A program made the translations under genes and the position numbers. Below the pieces are notes generated by a model that was not told where the DNA came from, searched no databases, and saw only the letters and a program-made list of their open reading frames with translations. DNA of 64,000 nt. It comes from Lingula anatina. Taxonomy: Eukaryota; Animalia; Brachiopoda. Of this stretch, positions 1 to 12,421 are shown piece after piece (within the stretch, counting starts at the first letter, position 1; the number at the start of each line of letters is the position of its first letter). Location: positions 21,514,001-21,578,000 of the forward strand of contig CM120646.1 in assembly GCA_051362555.1 (NCBI GenBank), given 5' to 3'.

Positions 1-1406
1 AACCTTACCAGTGTTTTAGTCTCTTTTGTAAAAACTCCATAAAATACAATTGGTATTTTTACTAGATATGGGGAAGTACTGCAATTAAGCGATGAAGTCA
101 CACGTATTACTAGAACCTTGTAAAAATGATTGATAACAAAATGAAAGATTTTAAAAATCATTTCCTTAAAGCTAAAAACATACCATGAGCAAGGTTCCTT
201 AAATATAAGATGATTTTTACTTTTCCAATCTGAACCAGGAAATGGTTGTTGCTCAGTCGTGCCCTGTTACCGATGTAAGATTTTGTGACTTAAACTGCAG
301 TATTCATATACAAATTACCCCTGTATAAAGTATACTCTAAACCATGACCTGCGTGGACACACTGATCACCAAAAGCCCTCTCTAAGGGACATTCACAAAT
401 TGTTTTTATCCATTATGCTGTGTACCTTCCCTCTACCTGGACCACAGATTGATTTTTCACTAGATATTCACAGACATGTCTTGTTTAAACTGACAGTTAT
501 TCTCTGTGCTGTGCCAGAGAAAACGTCCACATAATAAAAACTGCGGCCCTGGTGGAGGGTATTGTGTACCTTTGTCTACTGTGTCCGGCGAGAAATTTTC
601 GTATTAAAGTAATGTCATCACTCAGCTTGCCTCTAGTACAGGGCACTGGATGAAAAGGATGGTAATGGCGACTGGCTTGTTTTGACTGATAGACAGTTAC
701 AATGATGGCATCATATCCGGGCAGATTCATACGAAGCTGTTTCTCTACGTTACTGAGTGGCTGTTGGGTATAAACAGCCTGCTTCAGATAACCTTGTATT
801 GCTTTCGTCCATGTGCTACGTGGACTCCATATTGCTCTTCTTTATCACGTACTCGCTCAGGGCTGAACTAATATTTCAGGAATTCTAGATGACCAATTGA
901 GGCCATTCATTACACCTATCCACGCTCTCTGTCACGCCCTCTGCCACACCCCTCCAGCAGCCTCTTCCAGGTTTCTTGTCATGCCGTTTTCGTCTTAATT
1001 GACAAGATTCACCCTCTTAAAAAGTTCATTAGTCTGGTATATATACATGAATTGTTGAATTAATAGTATCACAGACAATGCTTTTATATTCAATAATTCA
1101 TAAAGATTCACCCTTTTTGACCCCTTTCTTGATGTTCAATCACTTGCACTCTCGGTGTCACCTGTACAATGTACCTGATGCTTTTAGTATTCGGTCCTCT
1201 TCTTCATCATTAGTCTGATGCACCCAAATCACTCTCATCTGTGGAACTCTTTTACTCTTGGATGTTTTGGGCCTTTTCTTGCCTCGCGTTACTTATTTGC
1301 CTGTGTTTTTCGTCATGTTTTAATCTAATGAATCATTTGTGTGGAATTTACATGATAATTTACTATGTTCAACGCATCTTAATCTAGTGGGGTCGTTTAC
1401 GAACTC

Positions 1407-1500
1407 AACAAATTCCTCATCGAAATTCAATGCGGATCTCTTGGAACCGCTCAGTTCCGTTACTGCAGCAAAGAATTCGTCCTTGGAAATGTGATCATCT
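1407..1500 (-). pseudogene. Truncated orphan EF-hand terminal exon, fused by deletion
   Basis: DDHISKDEFFAAVTELSGSKRSALNFDEEFV, then an abrupt junction to sequence matching ~10990. It matches the 11915-12068 exon up to the break. Confidence 0.75.
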
Positions 1501-1612
1501 CTGAAACGTGTGATAAGATAATGCAACAGGTGAATCGGATTGACGAATCTTTGTTTTGTGGATCACTTCACTTCATTGTTGAAAGCACATCATATACAGG
1601 TGTACCTGTATC

Positions 1613-1990
1613 TTCAATTATTGACCCCCGCCTCCAAGTTGTCTATCATGTTGTCTTCATCTAGACAAATTCTTTGTCAAAATTTAATGCATATCTCTTG
1701 GCGCCGTGGAACTCCGCAACTGCATCCAGGAATTCTTCCTTGGAAATGTGATCATCTCTGAAACGTGTGATAAGATAATGCAACAGGTGAATCGGTTTGT
1801 TGAATCATAACTTGATGACCAGCTCACTTACAATTTGAAAATTTATCTTTTCTGCATTTCTTCACAACCATTCCTTGTTTATCCGTTGTTGCTTTAATTT
1901 GATAAAAACCCTATACTAGTACACACAGAGCTGCATTGACACGACCTACCTGTGGTTAAATTTGTCATATGGAATAAAGGGCACTTTGCT
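1613..1990 (-). pseudogene. Degenerate paralog: EF-hand exon with premature stop plus first-exon relic; middle exons absent
   Basis: Acceptor at 1757 gives DDHISKEEFLDAVAEFHGAKRYALNFDKEFV*. An exon-1-type donor (cctacctgtgg on +) lies at ~1945. No signal or Cys exons lie between them. Confidence 0.7.
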
Positions 1991-2936
1991 ATACAATATA
2001 TCTAAAATGGCAATATTTTTCTACATTGTTTGCAAGTTGTTGGCATTGTGTTTTTGCATCCCGCACGCAGTAATAACCGTAGGTTTTATTGTTATAAAGG
2101 CTTTGTTAGCATTTTCAGTGTTTTAGTCTATGAAGCAATAAACTGCAAAATACTACAGGAAATTCTGGATCGCACTAAGCAAGGGGCACGTATTGCTACT
2201 TTGTACAAAATGATGAATTAAAAACCTCAGTAAATACAACTTTTTCTACAAGTATTGCGACTTAAGGCTATTTGACCCTTCATTATCATCCAGATAAAAA
2301 AATGAGTTTTTTCCTGCATTCAAAAATGCATCTTTGTGCTGATTCAAAACGATGAAAAATTCCTCGAAAATTTAAGATATCGGCGTTCATTTTTTTCATC
2401 GCAATATTTAAGCATAGGCAACCCAAAGTTATAATCAATTTAACGCCTTTCTATTTTGAGGTGGGATAGCAATCGTTATGGGGCGTAACTTCATCCCTGA
2501 ACAAGATTTCATCACGAAAATTGGTTGAGTTGACCAGGTGAGTATCAGCTACAATCTCTTGCCTTTATTGTGGTACAAATGTTTTTGTTATGGAGTTATG
2601 AGCCCCTTATTACAGATTTTCATGAAACAAATGCATTTTTTTACTTTATCAATGATAAAATCTGAACTCAGACTTTTAAGAAAAATCGCTGGCAGCGTAT
2701 GGAGTACCATAGGCAAGACTCCCATAAACTGGATAATTTTGTCTTTCCGTTCCAAGCCAGGAAATGGAAGATCGGCAGAAATATTGCAAAATTTTTCTGT
2801 ATCAAGCAGACTACCACACTCGTTGGTGCATGGTGTAAATATACTGGAACTGAATACCATAAAGTGAAATGTCATAATTATTCTGATCGCTTTATTCCGG
2901 TGTTGACGGTTCCAATAAGGACAGGTGAATCTTCAA

Positions 2937-4594
2937 TCAGTAACCACCGTCGAACTCATCAAAATCGATCAAGTTGTCTCCATTTAAGTCCATCTTGACA
3001 AATTCTTCATCGAAATTCAGTGCAGATCTTTTGGCACCGTGGAACTTCACAACTGCATCCAGGAATTCGTCCGTGGAAATGTGATCATCTCTGAAACGTG
3101 TGATAAGATAATGCAACAGGTGAATCAGGTTGTCGAATGACAACTTCAAATGTTTCTTCTTAATGTCTATTTCAGCGAATTTTTTTGACGCAGTTTTACC
3201 TCCGCTAAGAAATTTTATAGCAGGTGAGAAAAAATAACATTCATGGCCGTACATCTAGAAGAGAACAGGTGATTGCAACTCAAGGATAATTATTTTGATT
3301 ACCCACAAAAACAAATTGAAATGATTTGAGCAGGCTTATAAACTATCTTTCAATTTACTTTCATTAATGAAAGTCTAAGTAACAGGTATGTTCCAATTTC
3401 TAGTGCTATTGTTTTTCCTTACCCGTCAATGTCAATGTTTCTGAATACGTCTCTGGGGTTAACGACATGTTTCGACAAGGGACGTGCCAGCGATCTCTTG
3501 TTTAGGCACTCGCATGTAGATGATGGACTATTGAAAAAAGAAGATATGCTATCTAAATGCGAGGTAAGTCAATAATAACACACAAAGGACCATTAACTAA
3601 TGATCTACGCATGCCACTGGCCAATAGTATGCCACTCCTGTATGACTCTAGCCAAGAACCAGCAATGCTCTCCGTACGATGTTCTTTTTCACAGAAACCT
3701 TATATTGTAATATTGGCAGGGGCATATTAAAGAGAAGTTTGTTGAAGACAAACGTTTTTTTATGGCGACGGTTAACTTTATTGATTTCATGGGCCGTTGG
3801 AAAGTTTCATTTAAAATATCTGGGTTAATTCAACATTATGTAATGCTATAAAATAACTAAACACTATTCTTTTAATAGAGGTTCCTTTCAATAAAAGCGG
3901 CCGGCCAAATTAGAACACCACATTTGTGCTTGTCCTTTACTTACACTTTTGCGTGGGTTAATGAGGAGACATAAATGTGCTTGGCAGCTACTGTATATCC
4001 ACCGTGACTTACTTGATTTCCGCAGTGTTTAGAATGGCTGCCAGTAACGAAAAAATCAACCTTTAATCAATCAACCTTTAGAACAAAATCTTAGCAAAAG
4101 CAAGTAAGGCCTTCTCACTAAAATGCACTTACATGGAAAAGACCGAACACTTTGGGATAACGTTTCACCTGTACTTACAACCAGCCCCCGGACACCACTA
4201 CTTTGATATCGGCGCATCCGGATTTGCAGCCACCTTGGCAGGCACAACCGAAAAGGTTGCACCAACCTACTCCGCAATATGTATACGTCTGAAATATTAT
4301 ACACAAACGATATGCATTTGCTCCATTACTATACAGGAAACATAGACAAACAGCTCCACTTTTTTATCGTAAAGTAAAATAGAAAATGACGGTGGTATAA
4401 TACCCGTAATCATTGCTTTGAGGGCAATCTATTTAATACAACAATAACAACAGGCTAAATACAAAATATCTTACTTCGCTACAGTCTCCACAGAATACGT
4501 CGTTAACAGTGTGACAGCATACTGCTTGAGCGTGTTTTATAACAAGTGCTGCAGATAACGCTACGATAACAATAGTTACCGGCAAACAAGCCAT
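2937..4594 (-). CDS. Mytimycin-like secreted Cys-rich peptide/EF-hand precursor, copy A (162 aa; coding exons 4475-4594, 4179-4288, 3423-3527, 2937-3090; probable non-coding first exon with donor at ~4900)
   Basis: GT-AG, phase-consistent splicing gives MACLPVTIVIVALSAALVIKHAQA-VCCHTVNDVFCGDCSETYTYCGVGWCNLFGCACQGGCKSGCADIKVVVSGGWFPSSTCECLN-KR-SLARPLSKHVVNPRDVFRNIDIDGDDHISTDEFLDAVVKFHGAKRSALNFDEEFVKMDLNGDNLIDFDEFDGGY*. It has a signal peptide, 12 Cys, a dibasic site and two EF loops (DIDGDDHISTDE, DLNGDNLIDFDE). The family name comes from recalled mytimycin architecture and motif. Confidence 0.85.
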
Positions 4595-5914
4595 CTTCTG
4601 GAATAAGAAAAATGAAGATTTAAGACAAGAGCCATTCGCCGCCCTTTCCCCAACAAGACTTTTGACCGTACCAGTCAGAAGACAAGGATACATAGAGGCC
4701 ATGGAGACTTCTAATCGCCTGTTCCCTTCCGACCAAATCGGGATTGGATGTGATAATATTTCCTGTTATACGAATGATATGATTGTGACCAGCTAAATGT
4801 CCATTTGAAATTTTATAATTTTCACTTTCTTGACCATTTCTTTTTCTCCTGATGCCGAAGTACTGGTTTCTTTGTGAACACGGATTATATATCTACCTAC
4901 CTGTTGTTGCCTTTGTCTAATGAACGATGTTCTAATATATTATATATATATATATCTATATTGACAATCTTTTTCTGCACCATCACTCTCATCAGCGCTG
5001 TATTATACGTACAAAGTTATTAACGTTGTTTTTATTTCCCAAATACAAAATGACATTTTAAACCTTGCCAGTGTTTTAGTCTCTTTGATTAAAAAACTGC
5101 ATAAAACTACAAAGTTATTTTGGCTAGATACCGAAAAGTACTGCAATAAACTGATGCATATGGACACGCATTACTAATACCCTGTAAAAACATTTCTTTA
5201 AACGATTGCAGCTAAAACCAGACCATGAGCAAGGCTCCTTACATTTAATATAATCCTGTCTTTTTACTTACCACGGGCTGTATGGACACATTGATCACCG
5301 AGCGCTTTCTACATGAACAAAGGTGATTTGCACATTGTTTTTCTTCACTATGGTGTGTAGCTTTTTTCCAGCGAGACATTTTCGCATTAAAAATGATGCC
5401 ATCACTAAGCTCGCCTCTAGTACCGGACATTCGATGAAAAGGATAAAAGTGGTGACTGGCTTGTTTTTCCTTTTATAACGGCAGAATAGCTTTGTCAGTC
5501 TTCTCAATGTTTAAGTTAGCAAAAACTTTATTAAACACCAAATATACTTTGACTAGGTTCGTGCCGCATTGAAATAAAGTGAGAGACACGTACATTGTAT
5601 TACATGCACTACATTGTGTATAATGATTGATAACAGATCAAACAAAATAATTCATTTTTAAAAAGTATTGCAACGAAAACAAGACAATGAAATTGGTTCC
5701 TATGATATTAGATTATTTTAGATTTTTTCCACCTGAACCGGGAAATGGACATTCGACAACAATTATTCAAGAATCTTAGCCATCATGCTAACTGCAACGC
5801 TCGTGAGAACGTTTTAAACAGGTTAGAACTGTATGCAAAAGGGAAAACATCTGTATTTTGTGGATCACTTGATTTCATTGTTTAAAGCACATTATATACA
5901 GGTCTACATGTATC

Positions 5915-6470
5915 TTCAATTATTATTGACCACCGCCAAGCCCATCAAAAACGAGCATGTTGTCTCTCATGTTGTCTCCGTCTATACAAATTCTTCGTCA
6001 AATTCGATCATATTGTCTCAATTTAAGTCCATCTTTACAAATTCGTCATCGAAATTCAAAGCGGATCTTTTGGCACCGCGCAACTTCACAACTGCATCCA
6101 GGAATTCGTCCTTGGAAATGTGATCATCTCTGAAACGTGTGATAAGATAATGCAACAGGTGAATCAGTTTGTTGAATCACAACTTCAAATGTTTCTGCGT
6201 CTACACTGAATATGATAGTATTTACCTTTTTTCTGGATTCACGGCGTCGATGGAGCAATTTCAATAATTTTCCTATTATGCAAATGACAAGGTGATGACC
6301 AGCTCATTACAATTTAGAACTTTCTCTTTTCTGCAATTCTTCTCAGCCATTCCTTGTTTTTCCGACGTTGCTTTAATTTGATTTAAACCCCTATGCTAGT
6401 ACACGCGGAGCTGCATTAACACGACCTACCTGTGGTTAAATTTGTCATATATGGAATAAAGGGCGTTCTG
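5915..6470 (-). pseudogene. Degenerate paralog: EF-hand exon with GGA>TGA stop and internal duplication, plus first-exon relic
   Basis: Acceptor at 6129 gives DDHISKDEFLDAVVKLRGAKRSALNFDDEFVKMDLN*. Donor relic cctacctgtgg at ~6425. Confidence 0.7.
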
Positions 6471-7015
6471 CTATACATTATATCTATAATGACATTATTT
6501 TTCTACATTGGTTGCAAATTGTCAGCGTTGTGTTTTTGCATCCCGCACGCAGTAATAAACGCTGCTTTTTCTGACATAAAGCTTTTGTTAGCATCTTCAG
6601 TGTTTTTGTCCATATAGCAAAACACTGCATGAATCTACAAGAAAATGTGGACCTTACTGAAATAAAGTGAGACACACGTATCGCTACTTTGTGCAGAATG
6701 ATGAAAAAAAAAACTCAATGTATACATAATTTTCTAAAACTATTGTGGCACAAGCTTGAAACAAACCACAGGCAATTTTCTTATTCTAATAATTTAAAAA
6801 TTAATAATTTTGTCTTTTGCGGTCCGAACCAGGAAATTATAATGGAAGAACGGCAGAAATATCGCAAAAATCTACTTTATCGAGCAGACGACCACACATG
6901 TTTTCACATGTTATATTGGAATTGAATTCATACGATAAAGTGAAAACATTGATAAATTATCCAAATCGCTTTATTCTGATTTTGACGGTGCCTTTTAGGA
7001 CATGTTTATCTTCAA

Positions 7016-8623
7016 TCACTGATCACCGTCAAACTCATCAAATTCGATCTTGTTGTCTCCATTTATGTCCATCTTGACAAATTCCTCATCGAAATTCAAT
7101 GCAGATCTCTTGGCACCGCGCAACTTCACAACTTCATCCAGGAATTCGTCCTTGGAAATGTGATCATCTCTGAAACGTGTGATAAGATAATGCAACAGGT
7201 AAATCGGGTTGTCGAATGACAACTTCAAATGCTTCTGCTTAATGTATACGTCAGCGAATTTGTTTTGACGCAGACTTCCCTCTGCTAAGAAATTTTTAGA
7301 GCAGATGAGAATATAAAAATAACATTCATGGTCATATATCTAGAAGAGAACAGGTGATTGCAACTCAAAGAAAATCATTTGGATGATCCACATAAACGAA
7401 CTGAAACGAATTGAGCAGGTTCATAAACTATCTTCAATTGACTTAAAATGAAAGTCTAAGTAACAGGAATGTACCAATTTATAGTGCTACTGTTTTCTCT
7501 TAACGTCAGTGTCAATGTTACTGAATGCGTCTCTGTACACACCGAATGTATTGAACAGTTTCATGAATTATGTCATGTTTCTGTAGAGTAGCATGTATGA
7601 AAGAGTTAGTGACGGGTATGTATTCATTTCTAGTAAAACTTACTCTCTTACCCGTCAATGTCAATGTTTCTGAATACGTCTCTGGGGTTAACGACATGTT
7701 TCGACAAGGGACGCGTCAGCGATCTCTTGTTAAGGCACGTGCATGTAGCTGATCGACTATTGAAAAAGAAGATATGCTATTCATGTGCGAGATAAGTCAA
7801 TATTTTCAGTCAATATTTCATACAAAGGACCATTAACGAATGATCTACGCATGTCACTGGCTAATAGAGGCCTCATAGAGCTGCCACTCCTGTATGACTC
7901 AGAACAAGACCCAGCAATTCGTTCCGTAAGATGTGTTTTTTTTTTCACAGAAACCTAATATTGTAATGCTGGGAGGGGCATATCAAACCTGCTTGGCTGC
8001 TATATTCACTATAAATAACTTTTTTTTGCTTTTCACAGTATTCATAATGGCTGCCAGTAATGAAAAAAAATCAATTTTAAAATAGAACAAAATCTTAAGA
8101 AATGCAAGTGCAAATGCCTGCTCACAAATATGCACAGACCGAATACTTTGGGATAACGCCTCGATTGTACTTACAACCAGCCCCCGCCCTCTACTCTGAT
8201 ATCAGAGCACCCGGATCTGCAGCCGCCTTGGCAGTTGCATCCGAACATGTTGCACGAACCTACCCCACAATATGGTCCTCCCTGAAAAATCATACAAGAA
8301 CGATATAAACTTGCGCCATTATTATTATCCAGGAAAGAAAGACAAGCTATATACTTTGATTGCAAAATGCCGAACATGTAGCCTACTGTATTTATTGTTT
8401 TACATAGAATGTTATTAATATAATCATATCACCGAGCAAGTAACAACTGAAAACCGTTCCAATTTCTTGTACTGTTTCTAAATTAGACACAAAATAATCT
8501 TACTCCGCCACAGTCTCCACAGAAGCCTGCCTTAATAGTATTACAGCATACTGCTTGGGCGTGTTTGATAACGAGTGCTGCTGATAACGCTGCAACAACA
8601 ATGGTTACCAACAAACAACCCAT
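7016..8623 (-). CDS. Mytimycin-like precursor, copy B (161 aa; coding exons 8504-8623, 8175-8281, 7652-7756, 7016-7169; non-coding exon donor ~8976)
   Basis: MGCLLVTIVVAALSAALVIKHAQA-VCCNTIKAGFCGDCGGGGPYCGVGSCNMFGCNCQGGCRSGCSDIRVEGGGWFRSATCTCLN-KR-SLTRPLSKHVVNPRDVFRNIDIDGDDHISKDEFLDEVVKLRGAKRSALNFDEEFVKMDINGDNKIEFDEFDGDQ*. Exon phases match copy A. Confidence 0.85.
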
Positions 8624-10096
8624 CTTCTGTAATAAGACGAATGAAGATATTAGATAGGAGGCTTTCGACGCCCTTTCCCCAACTAGATTTTGACCACATC
8701 AGACAGAAGATCAGAATACAGTAGGGGTGCCCTCTAAGCACCGGTCCTTTACGTGGTTTCACTGTTTCAAATCAGGATTTATGTTATTGCAAAAGCTTTC
8801 AGAGAAATATAATTTTCCTGTCCTACGGGTGATATGATGGTGACCAGCTAAATCGGCATTATTAATTATCAATTAAATCAATAATTGTCACTTTCTTTAC
8901 TACATCTTTTTCTCCTGACGCTGAGTTATGATTTAACTTGAAACTCTATACTACTGCCTCCATAAACTCTACCTACCTGTGGCTGGTTTTGTCGAATGAA
9001 GGATGTCCTGAAATGTTATTTATCTAAAATGACAATCTTTTTCTGCACCATCACTCTCATCACGCTAAATTTTACGTACGCAGTTATCAACGTTGTTTTT
9101 ATTTCACAAATGCAAAATGACATTGGTAACCTTGCCAGTGTTTTAGTTTCCTTGGTAAAAACTGCATAAAACTACAAATGCATTTTGACTAGATACCGGA
9201 AAGAACTGCAATAAAGCGATCTAGTCACACCTATAACTAGTACATTGTAAAATGATTGAAAACAAAATAAACGATTTTCCAAATCATTTCCTTAAACTTC
9301 TGCAGCTAAAAATATACCATGAACAAGGTTCCTTACATAAAAGATAATTTTGACTTTTCCGATCTGAACTAGGAAACGTGGACAAATGCCCTCTCCAAGG
9401 GACATTCACAAATTGTTTATCCATTATGCTGTGTACCTGTCCTCTACTGGGGCCACAGATTGATTTTTCACTAGATATTCACAGACATGTCTCTGGTGAA
9501 ACTGACAGTTATTCTCTGTACTGTGCCAAAGAAAACGCCCACATAATTAAAATAAAAAACTGCGGCCCTGGTGGATGGTATTGTGTACTTTTGTCTACTG
9601 TGCCTGACGAGAAATTTTCGTATTAAAGTAATGCCATCACTCAGCTTGCCTCTAGTACAGAGCATTGGATGAAAGGGATGGTAATGGTGACTGCCTTGTT
9701 TTGACTGATAGACAGTTACACAGATGGCATCATATCCGGGCAGAATCTGACGAAGCTGTTTCCCTACGTTACTGAGTGGCTGTTGGGATAAGCAGCCTGC
9801 TTCAGATAACCTTGTATTGGTTTCGTCCATGTGCCACGTGGACTCCATATTGCTCGACTTTACCATGTGCTCGCTCTGGGTACCAGCAGGGCTGAACTAA
9901 GATTTCAGGAATTCTAGACGACCGATTGAGGCCATTCATTACACCTTGTCCACGCTCTGTCACACCTTCTGTCACGCCCTCTGCCACGCCCTCTGCCACA
10001 CCCCTCTAGAAGCCTCTCAGGATTCTTGTCATGCTGTGTTGGTCTTAATTGACAAGATTCACCCTCTTAAAAAAGTTCATTAGTATATATGGATAA

Positions 10097-10222
10097 ATTG
10101 TTGAATTAAAAGTATCACAGACAATGCTTTTATACCGTCAAATCTTCACCTCTACTCTGGCGGTAAATTTGTAAATTTGACGGTATAAAAGCATTGTCTG
10201 TGATACTATTAATTCAATAATT
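10097..10222. repeat. ~126-bp inverted repeat (hairpin/MITE-like)
   Basis: attgttgaattaaaagtatcacagacaatgcttttataccgtcaaat versus atttgacggtataaaagcattgtctgtgatactattaattcaataat. Confidence 0.8.
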
Positions 10223-10325
10223 CATAAAGATTCACCCTTTTTGACCCCTTTCTTGATGTTCAACCCCTGGAACAATCACTTACACTCTCGGTGTCACCTG
10301 TACAATGTACCTGATGCTTTAAGTA

Positions 10326-10777
10326 CAGGGCCGTAGCCTGAGCAAAATGCCAGGGGGGGCAGTAAGCGGACACGAGGGGGCAAAGCCCCCGAGGGGGGAG
10401 GGTGGGGGGGTATCCCCCTCCCACGGTGTGGAAAATTTTTATAAACTGTATGTATTATACTGCATTCTAGTGCATTTTAACTGTTTTAACTGCTCAATCA
10501 GAAGTCAGAAATTGTGGGTTCATTTTGCCATACAAATACATTTTTCAACACAACACGCCAATTGGACTTCATTTCGTAGATTGTCTCAAGATCAGAAATA
10601 ACGTTTCTTCCTCTGTGGACAAGCAAGACAGCCAATCCGTGCATTTTCTCACAGAATAGATACCAACTTTGCAATTTTTTTTTTACCTTTGCGATTATCT
10701 ATTTTTTTTTTTTTGCACCTCAAATCCCAGGTGGGGCAACTGCCCCCCCCCCTGCCCCCCCGGAGGCTACGGCCCTG
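10326..10777. mobile_element. Non-autonomous DNA transposon (MITE), TIR CAGGGCCGTAGCC, 5-bp TSD AAGTA
   Basis: cagggccgtagcc...ggctacggccctg is flanked by aagta at 10321-10325 and 10778-10782. The paralogous empty site gatgctttaagtattcgg is at ~19194. Confidence 0.85.
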
Positions 10778-11324
10778 AAGTATTCGGTCCTCTTTTTCAT
10801 CATCAGTCTGATGCACCCAAATCACTCTCATCTATGGAACTCTTTCACTCTTGGATGTTTTGCCCCCCCCCCCCCCTTGCCTCACGTATCTTATTTTTCT
10901 GTGTTTTTTCGTCATGTTTTAATCTAATAAATCATTTGTGTGGAATTTACAGGATAATATTCCATGTTCAACGTATCTTAATCTGGGGTCGTTTACGAAC
11001 TCGGCACCATTTTTTTAAGTAAGATAACCTCAAACGATACCAAAACTGCAAACATATCTCATATCTCTTGTAAGCTCAGGAAAAAAACGTATAACAAAAT
11101 TCGTGCTAACAAATACGTCCTGGGGTCTTTAACGGCCTGGTGCAAAATGCTGAATTAAAAACCTCAGAGAATACAACATTTTCTAAAACTATTGCGGCTT
11201 AAGGTCATTTGACCCTTTATTTTCATCCAGATACCGAAAATGAGTTTTTTCCTGCACCTAATTATTCAATAATGCATCTATCTTTGTGCTGATTTGAAAC
11301 AATAATAAAAAATAATAATAAAAC

Positions 11325-11355
<31 letters not shown>

Positions 11356-11914
11356 GAAAATCTAAAATATCGGCGTTTATTTTTTTCATTGCAATATATA
11401 AGTATAGACAACTGAAAGCTTTAATCGTCAATTTCACGCCTTTCTATTTTGAGGTTAGATAGCAATCGGTATGGGGCGTAACTTCATCCCTAAACAAGAT
11501 TTCATCACGAACATTGGTTGAGTTGGCCAGGTGGGTATAAGCTACAATCTCTTGCCGTCATTGTGATTTAAATGTTTTTGTTATGGAGTTATGAGCCCCT
11601 TATTACAGATGTTAAATAAACAAAGGCATTTTTGCTTTATGAATGATAAAATCTGAATTCAGACTTTGAAGAAAAAATCACTGGCAGTGTATGGAGTACA
11701 ATAGGCAAGGTTCCCATAAACTGGATAATTTTGTCTTTTTCATTCCAAACCAGCAAATGGAAGCTCGGGAGAAATATTGCAAATATTTACTGTATAGCTG
11801 GGGCGTTGTGTATATATACTGGAACTGAATACAATAAAGTGGTAACATTTCATAATTATCCTAATCGCTTTATTCCAGTATTGATGGTTCCAATAAGGAC
11901 AGGTGTATCTTTAA

Positions 11915-12421
11915 TCAGTAACCACCGTCGAACTCATCAAATTCGATCATGTTGTCTCCATTTAAGTCCATTTTGACAAATTCCTCATCGAAATTCAATG
12001 CGGATCTCTTGGAACCGCTCAGTTCCGTTACTGCAGCAAAGAATTCGTCCTTGGAAATGTGATCATCTCTGAAACGTGTGATAAGATAATGCAACAGGTG
12101 AATCGGATTGACGAATCAAAACTTCAAATGCTTCTGCTTAATGTTTACTTCAGCGAATTTCTATTGACTTCTCTCAGCTAAGAAATGTGATAGCAGGTTA
12201 GAAAAAAATGTGTGGCCATACACCAAGAAGAAAACAGGTGATTGCAACTCAAAGGAAATTATTTTGATAATCCACAAAAACGAGTTGAAACGAATTGAGC
12301 TGGTTCATTATGTATCTTTCAATTGACTTTTATTAATGAAAGTCTAAGTAACAGACATGTATCAGTTTTTAGTGCTACTGTTTTTTCTTACCCGTAAATG
12401 TCAATGTTACTGAATACGTCT
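11915..12421 (-). pseudogene. Orphan but intact EF-hand terminal exon (11915-12068) with a 30-nt micro-exon-like segment (12392-12421); signal and Cys exons missing
   Basis: DDHISKDEFFAAVTELSGSKRSALNFDEEFVKMDLNGDNMIEFDEFDGGY* with an intact TTTCAG acceptor. The upstream AG...GTAAG segment encodes DVFSNIDIYG. Confidence 0.7.

Noticed and set aside
2538-2998. Overlapping ~95-115 aa ORFs repeated at 14335-14722 and 11731-11976
   Set aside because: They lie in the 3' flank of the peptide genes, frames differ between copies and no domain is recognisable; the similarity reflects DNA duplication only.
2937-3254. Stand-alone small EF-hand ORFs (105 aa here; also 7016-7228 and 1320-1526)
   Set aside because: Their N-terminal parts are intron read-through; the real exon starts at the TTTCAG acceptor and completes an EF loop begun in the previous exon.
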